A DNA stretch of 64,000 bases from Phycisphaerales bacterium (GTDB taxonomy: Bacteria > Planctomycetota > Phycisphaerae > Phycisphaerales > UBA1924). Every line of letters begins with the position of its first letter. Position 1 is the stretch's first letter. Location: positions 549 to 64,548 of the forward strand of contig CBDDIA010000001.1 in assembly GCA_965228685.1 (NCBI GenBank), in the 5' to 3' direction. Made by a program: the position numbers and the translations under genes. The notes under the pieces are model-generated. The model was given only the letters and a program-made list of their open reading frames with translations, searched no databases and was not told the DNA's origin. Of this stretch, positions 49,655 to 58,477 are shown piece by piece.

Positions 49655-50676
49655 GCAGCTCCCAAGGCGCACGAAGCGCCTCGATCGGTGTCCGGGTCCT
49701 CGGATCCGGTCTTTTCCTCCCCGAGAAACGCATGACCAACGCCGATCTTGAGGCGTACATGGATACCTCGGACGAGTGGATCACCAAGCGGACCGGTATC
49801 ACCGAACGCCGACGCGCCAAGTGGGACGAGGGCGAGAAGACGAGCACCCTCGCGACCAACGCGCTCCGCGACGCACTCAAAAACTCGAACATCGATGCGA
49901 GCGAGATCGACCTGATCCTCGTCGCGACCATGACCCCCGACACCCCCACCCCGAGCGTGTCGTGCATCGTCGCGCGTGAAGCCGGGTGCGGGAACATCGC
50001 GGCGATCGATCTCAACGCGGCGTGCTCCGGATTTATCTACACGATGAATGTCGCCGACACCATGGTCCGCAGCGGGATGTACCGCACTGTGGCGGTCATC
50101 GGCGCGGATTGCGTCACGCGCCACATCGATTACTCTACTTACGGACGCGGGGCAGCGATCCTCTTCGGGGATGCCGCAGCGGCGATCATTCTCCGAGCCG
50201 ACGAGGACACGGGTGTCGGGATGATCGCACACCGAATGCACTCCGATGGCGAGGGCTCCAAGCACTTGTTCATCCCCGAACACTGCTCCGACTTCCCCGA
50301 TCCCGAGGACTTCGACGAACGCAAGCTCGACAAGGTCCAGATGAACGGACAAGCGGTCTTCAAGTTCGCTGTCTCCAAGTTCCAGGAAGTCATTGAGAAC
50401 ACCCTCAACGACGCGGGGCTCAGCGCGGACGATATTGACCACTTCATCTGCCACCAGGCGAACTCGCGGATCCTCGACTCGGCACGCGATCGGTTCGGCA
50501 TTCCTGAGGAGAAGCTCCTCATGAACATCCACAAGTTCGGCAACACGGTCGCGGCGTCAGCGCCCCTCGTCTTCGAGGAACTCCGCTTGGCTGGGCGGAT
50601 CAAGCCTGGGCAGAAGGTCATGTTCCTTGCGTTCGGCGCGGGCTTGACCTGGGGCTCTTCGCTCTGGCAGCTCTGA
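49651..50676 (+). CDS. fabH: 3-oxoacyl-ACP synthase III
   Basis: ATGA overlap with plsX. DTSDEWITKRTGI, NAACSGFIYTM (Cys), CHQANSRIL (His), FGNTVAASAPL (Asn). Confidence 0.92.
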   Translation: MSSSQGARSASIGVRVLGSGLFLPEKRMTNADLEAYMDTSDEWITKRTGITERRRAKWDEGEKTSTLATNALRDALKNSNIDASEIDLILVATMTPDTPTPSVSCIVAREAGCGNIAAIDLNAACSGFIYTMNVADTMVRSGMYRTVAVIGADCVTRHIDYSTYGRGAAILFGDAAAAIILRADEDTGVGMIAHRMHSDGEGSKHLFIPEHCSDFPDPEDFDERKLDKVQMNGQAVFKFAVSKFQEVIENTLNDAGLSADDIDHFICHQANSRILDSARDRFGIPEEKLLMNIHKFGNTVAASAPLVFEELRLAGRIKPGQKVMFLAFGAGLTWGSSLWQL

Positions 50677-50734
50677 ACTACGCCTCAGCGGCGCGTATCA
50701 TCCCCAAAGCAAACCACTCATCGGGGGTTCAACC

Positions 50735-51676
50735 ATGACCACAGTTCTCCTTTGCCCGGGTCAGGGCGCGCAAGCCATCGGGATGTCCAAGCTCTGGTGC
50801 GATGCATCGGAAGCCGCTCGTTCGATCTTTGAGCGTGCGGACGCGGCGCTGGGTGATTCGCTCGGCGCACCGCTCTCCACGCTCTGTTTCGAGGGACCCG
50901 AGGACATGCTCAACCGGACGGATGTCTCGCAGCCCGCGATCTACACCGCGTCGATCGCGTGCTTCGCGGGGTGGCTCGACTCGGAGAACACCACCAAGAA
51001 CGAGCTCAACATCAGCGCCACGGCGGGTCTTTCGCTCGGCGAGTACACCGCGCTGCACCTCGCCGACGCCTTCAGTTTCGAGGACGGGCTCAAGCTCGTC
51101 GCGTTGCGTGGACGCGCGATGCAGGACGCTGCGGAAGCCGTCGCGTCCTCGATGGTCGCGCTGATCGGCGCGGACGAGGACTCCGCGAATGCGGTGTGCG
51201 ACAAGGCACGCGGGGACGATGTCCTCGTCGCGGCGAACTTCAACGCGCCCGGGCAGGTCGTGATCTCGGGCAGCGCCAGCGCTTGCGATCGCGCGGAAGC
51301 CGTCGCGTCGGAGATGGGACTGCGTGCGACGCGCCTTGCCGTCGCTGGCGCGTTCCACTCGCCGATCATGGCGCCGGCTGCGGATCGGCTCGCGGAAGCA
51401 CTCGCGGCCACGCAGATCAACGCGCCTTCCTGCACCGTCATGTCCAATGTCACGGCTCAGCCCCACACGAGCGACGCGGACGATATCCGGTTACGCCTCG
51501 TGGAGCAGCTCACCATGCCCGTCCGTTGGGCGAGCTGCTGCGAGCATCTCGTCAAGCATGTCGAGGGCGCGGACTTCCACGAGCTCGCCCCGGGCAAGAC
51601 CCTCGCGGGCATGATGCGTCGCATCGATCGCGGCACCAAGGTCATCGGGCACAACGAGCCCGAAACCGTCTCCTGA
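50735..51676 (+). CDS. fabD: Malonyl-CoA:ACP transacylase
   Basis: LLCPGQGAQAIGM, TAGLSLGEYTALH (active Ser), VAGAFHSPIM. Confidence 0.92.
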   Translation: MTTVLLCPGQGAQAIGMSKLWCDASEAARSIFERADAALGDSLGAPLSTLCFEGPEDMLNRTDVSQPAIYTASIACFAGWLDSENTTKNELNISATAGLSLGEYTALHLADAFSFEDGLKLVALRGRAMQDAAEAVASSMVALIGADEDSANAVCDKARGDDVLVAANFNAPGQVVISGSASACDRAEAVASEMGLRATRLAVAGAFHSPIMAPAADRLAEALAATQINAPSCTVMSNVTAQPHTSDADDIRLRLVEQLTMPVRWASCCEHLVKHVEGADFHELAPGKTLAGMMRRIDRGTKVIGHNEPETVS

Positions 51677-51707
51677 TACCTCAATCACACACAGGGATAC
51701 CTGAATC

Positions 51708-52448
51708 ATGACAGATCAACGCGTCGCCATCGTTACTGGAGCATCCCGAGGCATCGGGCGCGCTATCGCCAAGCGCCTCGCTGCTGACGGGCGTCATGTC
51801 GTCTGTGTTGCCCGCTCGCAGGGCCCGCTCGACGAGCTCGTCTCCGAGATCCAGGCAGACGGCGGAAGCGCTTCCGCGAAGACCTGCGACATCGCTGACT
51901 TCGACGCCGTCGCGGCGCTCGTTGAGGGTGTCGCGGAAGAGCACGGGCGTCTCGACATCCTCGTCAACAACGCAGGGATCACCAAGGACAACCTGATCCT
52001 CCGTTTGAGCAACGAGGAGTGGGATTCGGTGATCGACACGAACCTCAAGTCGATCTTCGTCGCGTGCCGCGCTGCAGCCCGCCCGATGATGAAGGGCAAG
52101 TTCGGACGCATCGTGAACATCGCGTCGACCTCGGGGCTCGTGGGCAACTCGGGTCAGTCGAACTACGCAGCCGCCAAGTCCGGGCTCACCGGGTTCACCA
52201 AGACCGTGGCGCGTGAGCTCGGGAAGAAGAACATCACGGCCAACTGTGTCGCGCCGGGGTTCATCGAGACGGACATGACCAAGGACCTGCCCGCGGGTGT
52301 CATCGAGCACATCAAGGGCGTAATCTCGACGCGCGACCTGGGCAAGCCCGAGGACATCGCGGCGTGCGTCTCATATGTCACCAGCGATGACGCGGGGTAC
52401 CTGACCGGGCAGACCATCGCGGTCGACGGCGGAATGACGATGTGCTGA
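51708..52448 (+). CDS. fabG: 3-oxoacyl-ACP reductase
   Basis: VTGASRGIGRAIA, NNAGIT, SGQSNYAAAKSG (SDR Y-x3-K), TGQTIAVDGGM. Confidence 0.92.
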   Translation: MTDQRVAIVTGASRGIGRAIAKRLAADGRHVVCVARSQGPLDELVSEIQADGGSASAKTCDIADFDAVAALVEGVAEEHGRLDILVNNAGITKDNLILRLSNEEWDSVIDTNLKSIFVACRAAARPMMKGKFGRIVNIASTSGLVGNSGQSNYAAAKSGLTGFTKTVARELGKKNITANCVAPGFIETDMTKDLPAGVIEHIKGVISTRDLGKPEDIAACVSYVTSDDAGYLTGQTIAVDGGMTMC

Positions 52449-52474
52449 GCATCGCGATCATGCAATGAACAACA

Positions 52475-52499
52475 AACCCGCGATTGCTCGCGGGTTTTT
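52475..52499. terminator. Bidirectional rho-independent terminator between fabG and the convergent DinB-like gene
   Basis: AACCCGCGA-TTGC-TCGCGGGTT, flanked by an A-rich tract on the left and TTT on the right. Confidence 0.75.
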
Positions 52500-52506
52500 C
52501 ATGGTC

Positions 52507-53004
52507 TTAGTCGCACTGGATAAACCCAAAGTGCAATCGGCAATGATCAAGATGCAACAGCGTCCATTTCCGATGTGTCATCTTGCCCAGCAGCGGCGAC
52601 GGTTTGGTCATCTGTTCACCCGCATCCAATCGAGCCATCTGCTCGCGGAATCGGGCCATACCGCCCTCGAAATCCTGCTGATCTTCTGGGAGCATGCTCG
52701 AAGCCTTGGCTGGCAGCTTGATGCCCGGTTTCATGTGCGACCTGCCCAGCATGGGTTTGAAGACACTGACCCCCACCATCTTGATGTACCACGGAAAACT
52801 CACCGGCTTGCCCTGTTCATCGAAGAACCCATCCATCGAGAACCGGATCGGGATGGCGCAGTGCTCAAGGATCTGCCCCGCGGACCAGTTGCCGGTGGTT
52901 CGGATCTGACCGGAGGCATGGGCAGACTCGAATCGATCGAGCTCGGCACGGATGTCATCGAGCGTGTGGTAGTCGCGCGGATGCCAGTTTGCTTTTCCTG
53001 CCAT
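52507..53004 (-). CDS. DinB-superfamily protein (DUF1569-like)
   Basis: 165 aa. WSAGQILEHCAIPI and LLHLDHCRLHFGF (His-containing helix-bundle pattern). Confidence 0.6.
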   Translation of the reverse strand: MAGKANWHPRDYHTLDDIRAELDRFESAHASGQIRTTGNWSAGQILEHCAIPIRFSMDGFFDEQGKPVSFPWYIKMVGVSVFKPMLGRSHMKPGIKLPAKASSMLPEDQQDFEGGMARFREQMARLDAGEQMTKPSPLLGKMTHRKWTLLHLDHCRLHFGFIQCD

Positions 53005-53086
53005 GTGACAAAAACTCCTGTAACATCCGAATCCTCAGCGGGCATCGTAGTCCTTCACTGAGATCGATTCCAGACTATTGTTCTGA

Positions 53087-53497
53087 ATGCGACCGAACGG
53101 GATTCTCGAAACGATTCTGTATGTAAATGATCTGGAGCAGGCCTGCTGGTTCTATCGCGAGGTGCTCGGGCTGCGCATGCCGAGGGGTGAGCCATCCTCA
53201 CTCGCGGGGATGTTCCGGGTGAGTGAGCATCAGGTGCTCCTGCTGTTCGATCCGAGCGTGTCTGATCGCCCGGGTCGGGATGTCCCCTCACACGGGGCAC
53301 GCGGGCCGGGGCATATCGCGTTCCAGATCGATCCCGGGACATACGAGGACTGGATCAAACGCTTTGGCATGTTCGGGGTCGCGATCGAGCAGGAGATCGA
53401 GTGGAACGACAACTTCCGCCCCGGGCGATCGATCTATGTTCGCGATCCTTCCGGGAACTCGGTCGAGCTCATCAACGCGGATATCTGGGACGAGTGA
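53087..53497 (+). CDS. VOC/glyoxalase-bleomycin-resistance family protein
   Basis: 136 aa. ILETILYVNDLEQACWFYREVLGL, PGHIAFQI, YVRDPSGNSVELI. Confidence 0.75.
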   Translation: MRPNGILETILYVNDLEQACWFYREVLGLRMPRGEPSSLAGMFRVSEHQVLLLFDPSVSDRPGRDVPSHGARGPGHIAFQIDPGTYEDWIKRFGMFGVAIEQEIEWNDNFRPGRSIYVRDPSGNSVELINADIWDE

Positions 53498-53541
53498 AGA
53501 ATCGAACCCGATCCGCGCGTCGCATCGTATAGACTCTCACT

Positions 53542-54370
53542 ATGAGCACCCCACGAACCATCGCGTCCACCCTCTCCGTCTCCATGCTGATCGCCCTTGC
53601 GGGGGTGCGGCGGCGGGTCCGATTCGGACTCGAAATCCGCAGTGGCACCCGATTACGAAGCCGACACGAGCTATCTCGACGATCTCGCGGCGGACAAGGG
53701 GATCGACACGAGCGATCCTGTCGCGGACGAGCCGATCGAGATCGATCAGACCCAGATCGCCGCGGAACCCGAGAAGACCTACGAGGACGAGGATCGCGAG
53801 TGGGTTGAGGAGGATGGGTCCAAATCCATCTTCGGGCGTTCTCGCGACAAGGCACGCGATCAGCGCAATGCGATCCAGGGGGGCACCGAGCCCGAGAACG
53901 GGATCGCGAACACGACATACGACGAGGAGTACGCCCAGGCTGCGGGGTTCGCGTGGGACATGCCCGAGGACTGGCGCATGGCGGTGCCCAGCTCAGGACA
54001 CTTCGCGGAGATGTTCGTGCAGAACCCGCTGGGCAACGCGAGCGTGATCTTCGAGAAGACAGAATGGAACGCCGCCCAGACCAAGCGTGAGCTGCAGAAG
54101 TACATCATCAGCACCTTCGGGTCCACCGACGCTCGCACGAGTACCAAGAGCGTTCGCGGGTTCAATGTGACGATGTTTGATCTCGAGGGCACCTACATCG
54201 ACCCATCCGGCAAGGGCGGGCGCAACGAGAGCCCGTTCTACGCGATCCATGCGGCGCTCATCGAGCTACCGACCGCGAAGGTGCTCATCCGCATGTGGGG
54301 CCCGCAGGACACGGTGAACCAGAACAAGGCGAAGTTCGACGCCATGATCGAGAAGATGTACGAGAAATAA
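53542..54370 (+). pseudogene. Putative lipoprotein whose signal peptide and mature part are in different frames (1-bp excess in a G5 run at 53601-53605)
   Basis: ORF 53542.. gives MSTPRTIASTLSVSMLIALAG, then nonsense. ORF 53597..54370 begins (L)RGCGGGSDSDSKSAV... Removing one G yields ...MLIALAG|CGGGSDS, a textbook lipobox. The total span of 829 nt equals 276 codons plus 1. Confidence 0.6.
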
Positions 54371-54376
54371 TCTCGA

Positions 54377-55216
54377 TCAGCAGCGAACCAGCTCATCCGC
54401 AATCGCACGCAGCGGCTTCCCTTGGAACCGCTGCGTTTCTCTTTGCGCCTTACGCCCACGCCCGGTCGTCATCCGATCCCACGCGTACGCGACGCGTCCG
54501 AGTTGGTACCGGATCGGGTGCCCGCAGATGTCGGGGTACTTCTTCTCGATCATGTCCCGCTCGGCCTGATACTTGGCGCTCCAGGTATCCGCGGATCCCT
54601 TCGCGTCCTCATGAATGCGGTGCACGCCGCAGTATCGCTCGAGGCGTTTCGCGTTGGTATTCGAGAGGATCCGGTACCAGAGCTCGGTATCCATCACGCA
54701 ATGCAGCGAGCGATCGACGCCTCCCACTCGCTCATACACATCACGCCGAAAGAAAGTACTCGGCTGATGGATCCGCATGTACCCGTACCGCATCCACTGA
54801 CGCGATGGGCCCGCGCGTCGGTCGCAGTGCATGACGCGTGAGTCGCCGTCGACGACGACCGTGTCCCCCTCGACCAAACCCAGCGAGGGATCCGCATCGA
54901 AGCAATCGAGCAGGGCATCGATCGCGCCGGGGAGGAGCGCGTCGTCGGAGTTGAGCCAGGTGATGACATCGCCCGTGGCGCGTGCGAACCCGTCGGCGAT
55001 CGCGTTGCTCTGCCCGCCGTCGGGCTCGGAGCGCCACCAATCGATCTGATCGGCATGCTTCTCGATGATGGCGCGCGACCCATCCGTCGAGCCCGCATCG
55101 AGGACGAAGAACTCCTTGACGCGATCGCGCTGCGACAAAACAGACCCGATCGCCTCTTCGAGGAATCGGGCCTGATTAAAACTGGGCATCACGATCGAGA
55201 GTGTCGCTCGCGCCAT
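54377..55216 (-). CDS. Family 2 glycosyltransferase
   Basis: 279 aa. LSIVMPSFNQARFLEEAIGSVLSQ, LDAGSTDGS, WLNSDDALLPGA. Confidence 0.85.
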   Translation of the reverse strand: MARATLSIVMPSFNQARFLEEAIGSVLSQRDRVKEFFVLDAGSTDGSRAIIEKHADQIDWWRSEPDGGQSNAIADGFARATGDVITWLNSDDALLPGAIDALLDCFDADPSLGLVEGDTVVVDGDSRVMHCDRRAGPSRQWMRYGYMRIHQPSTFFRRDVYERVGGVDRSLHCVMDTELWYRILSNTNAKRLERYCGVHRIHEDAKGSADTWSAKYQAERDMIEKKYPDICGHPIRYQLGRVAYAWDRMTTGRGRKAQRETQRFQGKPLRAIADELVRC

Positions 55217-55240
55217 GCGTTGTCCGTATGAGAGTTGGGG

Positions 55241-55571
55241 TCAGTTGACGCCGAGCAGTTCGATCTCGAAGACGAGATCCGACTTTGCAGGGATCGCGCC
55301 GGGGACACCGCGCTCGCCGTAGGCCTTTGCGTAAGGGATGGTGAGCTTGCGCTTCCCGCCGACCCTTCATGCCGGGGATCCCTTCCTGCCACCCCTGGAT
55401 GAGGTTGCCGAGGGGGAAGTTGATGGACTCGCCGCGGTCGTAGGATGAATCGAAGACGGTGCCGTCCATGAGCGTGCCCTTGTAGTGGACCTCAACGGTC
55501 GCGCCCGAGGGGCACTCGTCGCCGGATCCGACTTCGATGTCTTCGATGATGAGTTCGTTGATGTTGCTCAT
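55241..55571 (-). pseudogene. FKBP-type peptidyl-prolyl cis-trans isomerase with a 1-bp frame break at 55363-55365
   Basis: The frame from ATG 55571 reads [69 protein letters not shown], then nonsense. The next frame reads [40 protein letters not shown]. The coding strand has ATG AAG G GTC. The span of 331 nt equals 110 codons plus 1. Confidence 0.85.
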
Positions 55572-55626
55572 GGGTGTGTTCCTTTCGGTTTGGAGGGGAT
55601 GGTAGACACCCACATTGTGTGTGTGG

Positions 55627-57102
55627 TCAGAGACCGAAATACGCACTGACATACTCAGGAATTGAGGGGGATTTCGTCATCTTCACGACATCCAGCAGAC
55701 GCATCAGATCCCGCTTGGACTTCTCTTCGATCTGGACGGGGTCGATCTCGTCGTCGTCGAGTGTCCGGACGAACCGGTACCTTCGTCCGCCGTCCTCGCC
55801 CATGACACTTATGGGCTCGATCGCGCCGTACTCCGCGAGTCGGATGAGGACATAGTCCATGATCCCGCCGCCCATGCCGTGCGCGTGCCCCTTGCCGATG
55901 ACCATGACGCGGAGATCGTCGGAATCGAAGTCGTCCTCCGTGAATCGCGCCTCGATCGCGCTCATCGCCTGCATCATCAGGTCGGCGCTGGGGTTCTGCC
56001 AGCGGATGAACTCCTGCTGGATCGCGAGGTCCTCTTGGGCGTACAGGAGCTCACACACCGAGTCCTCGCCATCGCGCCCGGCGCGTCCGACCTCCTGGTG
56101 GTACGCCTCGATCGAGCCGGGGATCTGGGCATGGACGATGAACCGAAGATCGGGCTTGTCCACGCCCATCCCGAACGCGTTCGTGGCGCACAGCAGCAGG
56201 TTGTCGTCAGGGGTTGCCTCGATGAACCGTTCGTACACACGCTTGCGTTCACGCGGCGGCAAGCGTCCGTGGTAGATCTCGATGTCGCGCCGGGGTATCG
56301 CCCGTTTGAGCATCCCGGCCATCACCTCGAGGTCCTTGATGAGGGTGAAATACACGATCCCCGTCCCGCCGAGTTCGGCGCTGATCGACTTCACCCGCTC
56401 GATCTTCTCCTTGTCATCCCACACCTCGCGTGCACGCAGGGTCAGGTTCGGGCGATCAACGGGGGCTGCGAACAAGGGCATCTCTTCGTCCGTCATCCCC
56501 AGCACGCGTCGGATGTCCTCGCGGACGGGCTTGGTCGCCGTTGCCGTCAGCGCGATCGTGATCGGCTCGCCCAGCTCCTCGCGGAACTGCCCGATCTTCT
56601 GATACGCGGGGCGCAGGTCGTGCCCCCACTTGGTGACACAATGGCACTCATCCACTGCGAGCAGGTTCACGCCGCCGGGCACCTGCTCGAGCGCTTCGCG
56701 AAAGTCTGGCTTCTCCATCCGCTCGGGCGTCGCGTAGAACAGCTCGTACTCGCCATTCGCCAATCGCTCGTAGCGTTTCTTGCGTTCCTTCTTCCCGACC
56801 GTCGAGTTCACGAACTCCGCGCGGATCCCTTTGGATTTGAGGGCCGCGACCTGATCCTCCATCAGCGCGATCAACGGCGAGAACACCAGCCCGATCCCCT
56901 CGCCCCCGCTCTCCTCGCGCATCGCCAGCGCCGGGAGTTGGAAGCAGAGCGACTTGCCCGACCCCGTGGGCATGACGACCAGCGCGTCACCGCCATCCAT
57001 CACCCGCTCGACGATCTCGGATTGAAGCGGGCGGAGCGAATCGAACCCGAACCGGTCTCGGAGGGTCCGATCGAGCAGCGTTTGTGTATCAGCATCGGGC
57101 AT
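55627..57102 (-). CDS. recQ: RecQ-family ATP-dependent DNA helicase (short form, no HRDC)
   Basis: 491 aa. FRPLQSEIV, MPTGSGKSLCFQLPA, VDECHCVTKWGHDLRPAY, ALTATAT, ATNAFGMGVDKPDLRFIVH, YHQEVGRAGRDG. Confidence 0.88.
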   Translation of the reverse strand: MPDADTQTLLDRTLRDRFGFDSLRPLQSEIVERVMDGGDALVVMPTGSGKSLCFQLPALAMREESGGEGIGLVFSPLIALMEDQVAALKSKGIRAEFVNSTVGKKERKKRYERLANGEYELFYATPERMEKPDFREALEQVPGGVNLLAVDECHCVTKWGHDLRPAYQKIGQFREELGEPITIALTATATKPVREDIRRVLGMTDEEMPLFAAPVDRPNLTLRAREVWDDKEKIERVKSISAELGGTGIVYFTLIKDLEVMAGMLKRAIPRRDIEIYHGRLPPRERKRVYERFIEATPDDNLLLCATNAFGMGVDKPDLRFIVHAQIPGSIEAYHQEVGRAGRDGEDSVCELLYAQEDLAIQQEFIRWQNPSADLMMQAMSAIEARFTEDDFDSDDLRVMVIGKGHAHGMGGGIMDYVLIRLAEYGAIEPISVMGEDGGRRYRFVRTLDDDEIDPVQIEEKSKRDLMRLLDVVKMTKSPSIPEYVSAYFGL

Positions 57103-57179
57103 AGGAGGGGATTATTGCGTCCATCACACGATCCGACGCGCACGATTTGCTTTCGTTGTCGCGTCGCGATACGCTCATG

Positions 57180-57372
57180 ATGTTCAAGGTGCCCGGATTG
57201 AGTTCTCAGCCGGGTGAAAAGGGAAGTGTGGTGAAAAGCCACCGCGGACGCGCCGCCGTAATGGGCAACGAGTCCCGCTCACGCGATGGAACCCATCGCA
57301 GCCACTGGTGCAAAGAGGCATCGGGAAGGCGAGCAGGATACGCCCAGAGCCGGAAGACCTGCCCTGAACGAG
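57180..57372 (+). promoter_or_regulatory. Cobalamin (AdoCbl) riboswitch
   Basis: GTTCA...TGAAC P1. GGTGCC. AAAAGGGAAGTGTGGTGAAAAGCCAC. CGCGCCGCCGTAATGGG. GCCACTGG. GGGAAGGC. B12 box AGAGCCGGAAGACCTGCC. The order and spacing match the RF00174-type consensus as I remember it. No covariance-model scan was run. Confidence 0.85.
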
Positions 57373-57550
57373 TGTTCGACCCTCGCGGCTCTAGGGTGGA
57401 CGGCACGATCGTCGCCTCTCCCCGCGCCGATCCCCGTCTTCATCCCGCATGACCAGCCCAACCGTCGAACGAATGTTCACCGGGGAGTGCCCTGCGCGTA
57501 TCACAGGGCAGACTGGTACGGGCTTCTGTTTTCGCCCAGAAAGATGAGCC

Positions 57551-58397
57551 ATGCGCTCCACACACACACTGTGCGCCGTCATTGCCGGCGCGGTCCTGTC
57601 CACTTCCGCAGCCGCGGACATATTCGCGACGAGCGTCCTGAGCTACGACGCCGGGTCGAACGCGGCTGCGGGATACACCACCGCTGCTGCTGCGCTCGGG
57701 TCTGCCGAACGCTTCACCGGCGAGGGCGTCTTTCCCCGGCGGTGTCACCCCCTTCAACCCCGCGTTCGGCACGGACGAGCTTGTCTCCGTCGGATCGGGC
57801 GGGCACCTGACCCTCGGGTTCGATTCGACGATCACCAACAGCGCCTCGCACGCGTTCGGGATCGACCTGATCGTGTTCTCTAACTCCGGGTTCCTGGACA
57901 CATCGTGGTCCGACGCGGACCCGAGCAACGACGGCACCGGGCTCGTCGGATCCAACCCATTCGTCTTTGGTGCCGGCGGTGAAGCAACCATCCAGGTCTC
58001 ACAGAACGGTACCGACTGGTTCACAGCCTCGATCACCACACTCGACCTGTTCCCGACACTCGGGTTTTCTGACTTCACCGAGACCACCCCGGGCGCACCG
58101 GGGCTCGTGGAGTCAAACTTCGCCCAGGCGATGGACCCGACCCTCGCATTGAGCGACTTCGCGAACCTGACCTTTCGCGGAGATCGTCGCGCTCTACAAC
58201 GGATCGGGGTGGCGGGATCGGGATCGACATCGCGTCCACCGGGCTCGAGTCTGCGAGCTATGTCCGGTTCCTCAACGAATCGGGCGAGGCATTCGAGATC
58301 GACGCCGTCGCGGTGGTCCCCGCGGCCGGGTGTCCTCTTCATGCTCGGGCTCGGGGGTATCTTCGCAACCCCGCGCCGGCGCGCACGCCACGCGTAA
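57551..58397 (+). pseudogene. Secreted PEP-CTERM-anchored protein, first gene after the B12 riboswitch, interrupted by four 1-bp frame breaks
   Basis: The signal peptide MRSTHTLCAVIAGAVLSTSAAA is in the frame of 57551. Skipping one base at each of 57734-57737 (C4), 58173-58175 (T3), 58206-58209 (G4) and 58324-58327 gives a continuous 280-aa protein. It reads ...GEGVFPGGVTPFNPAFGTDELVSVGSGGHLTLGFDS...LTFAEIVALYNGSGGGIGIDIASTGLESASYVRFLNESGEAFEIDAVAVVPAPGVLFMLGLGGIFATPRRRARHA and ends in a PEP-CTERM-like sorting signal. 847 nt equals 281 codons plus 4. Confidence 0.7.
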
Positions 58398-58477
58398 CCC
58401 TGCCCTCATTCGCACGCCGCCCCCTCTCTGGCGTGCGATCGCGCTGGCGTCCGTGAAACACCGGACGCTGCGCATTC

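Noticed and set aside
55879-57180. 433-aa plus-strand ORF
   Set aside because: Antisense shadow of recQ. No motif, and Arg/Leu/Asp/His-rich.
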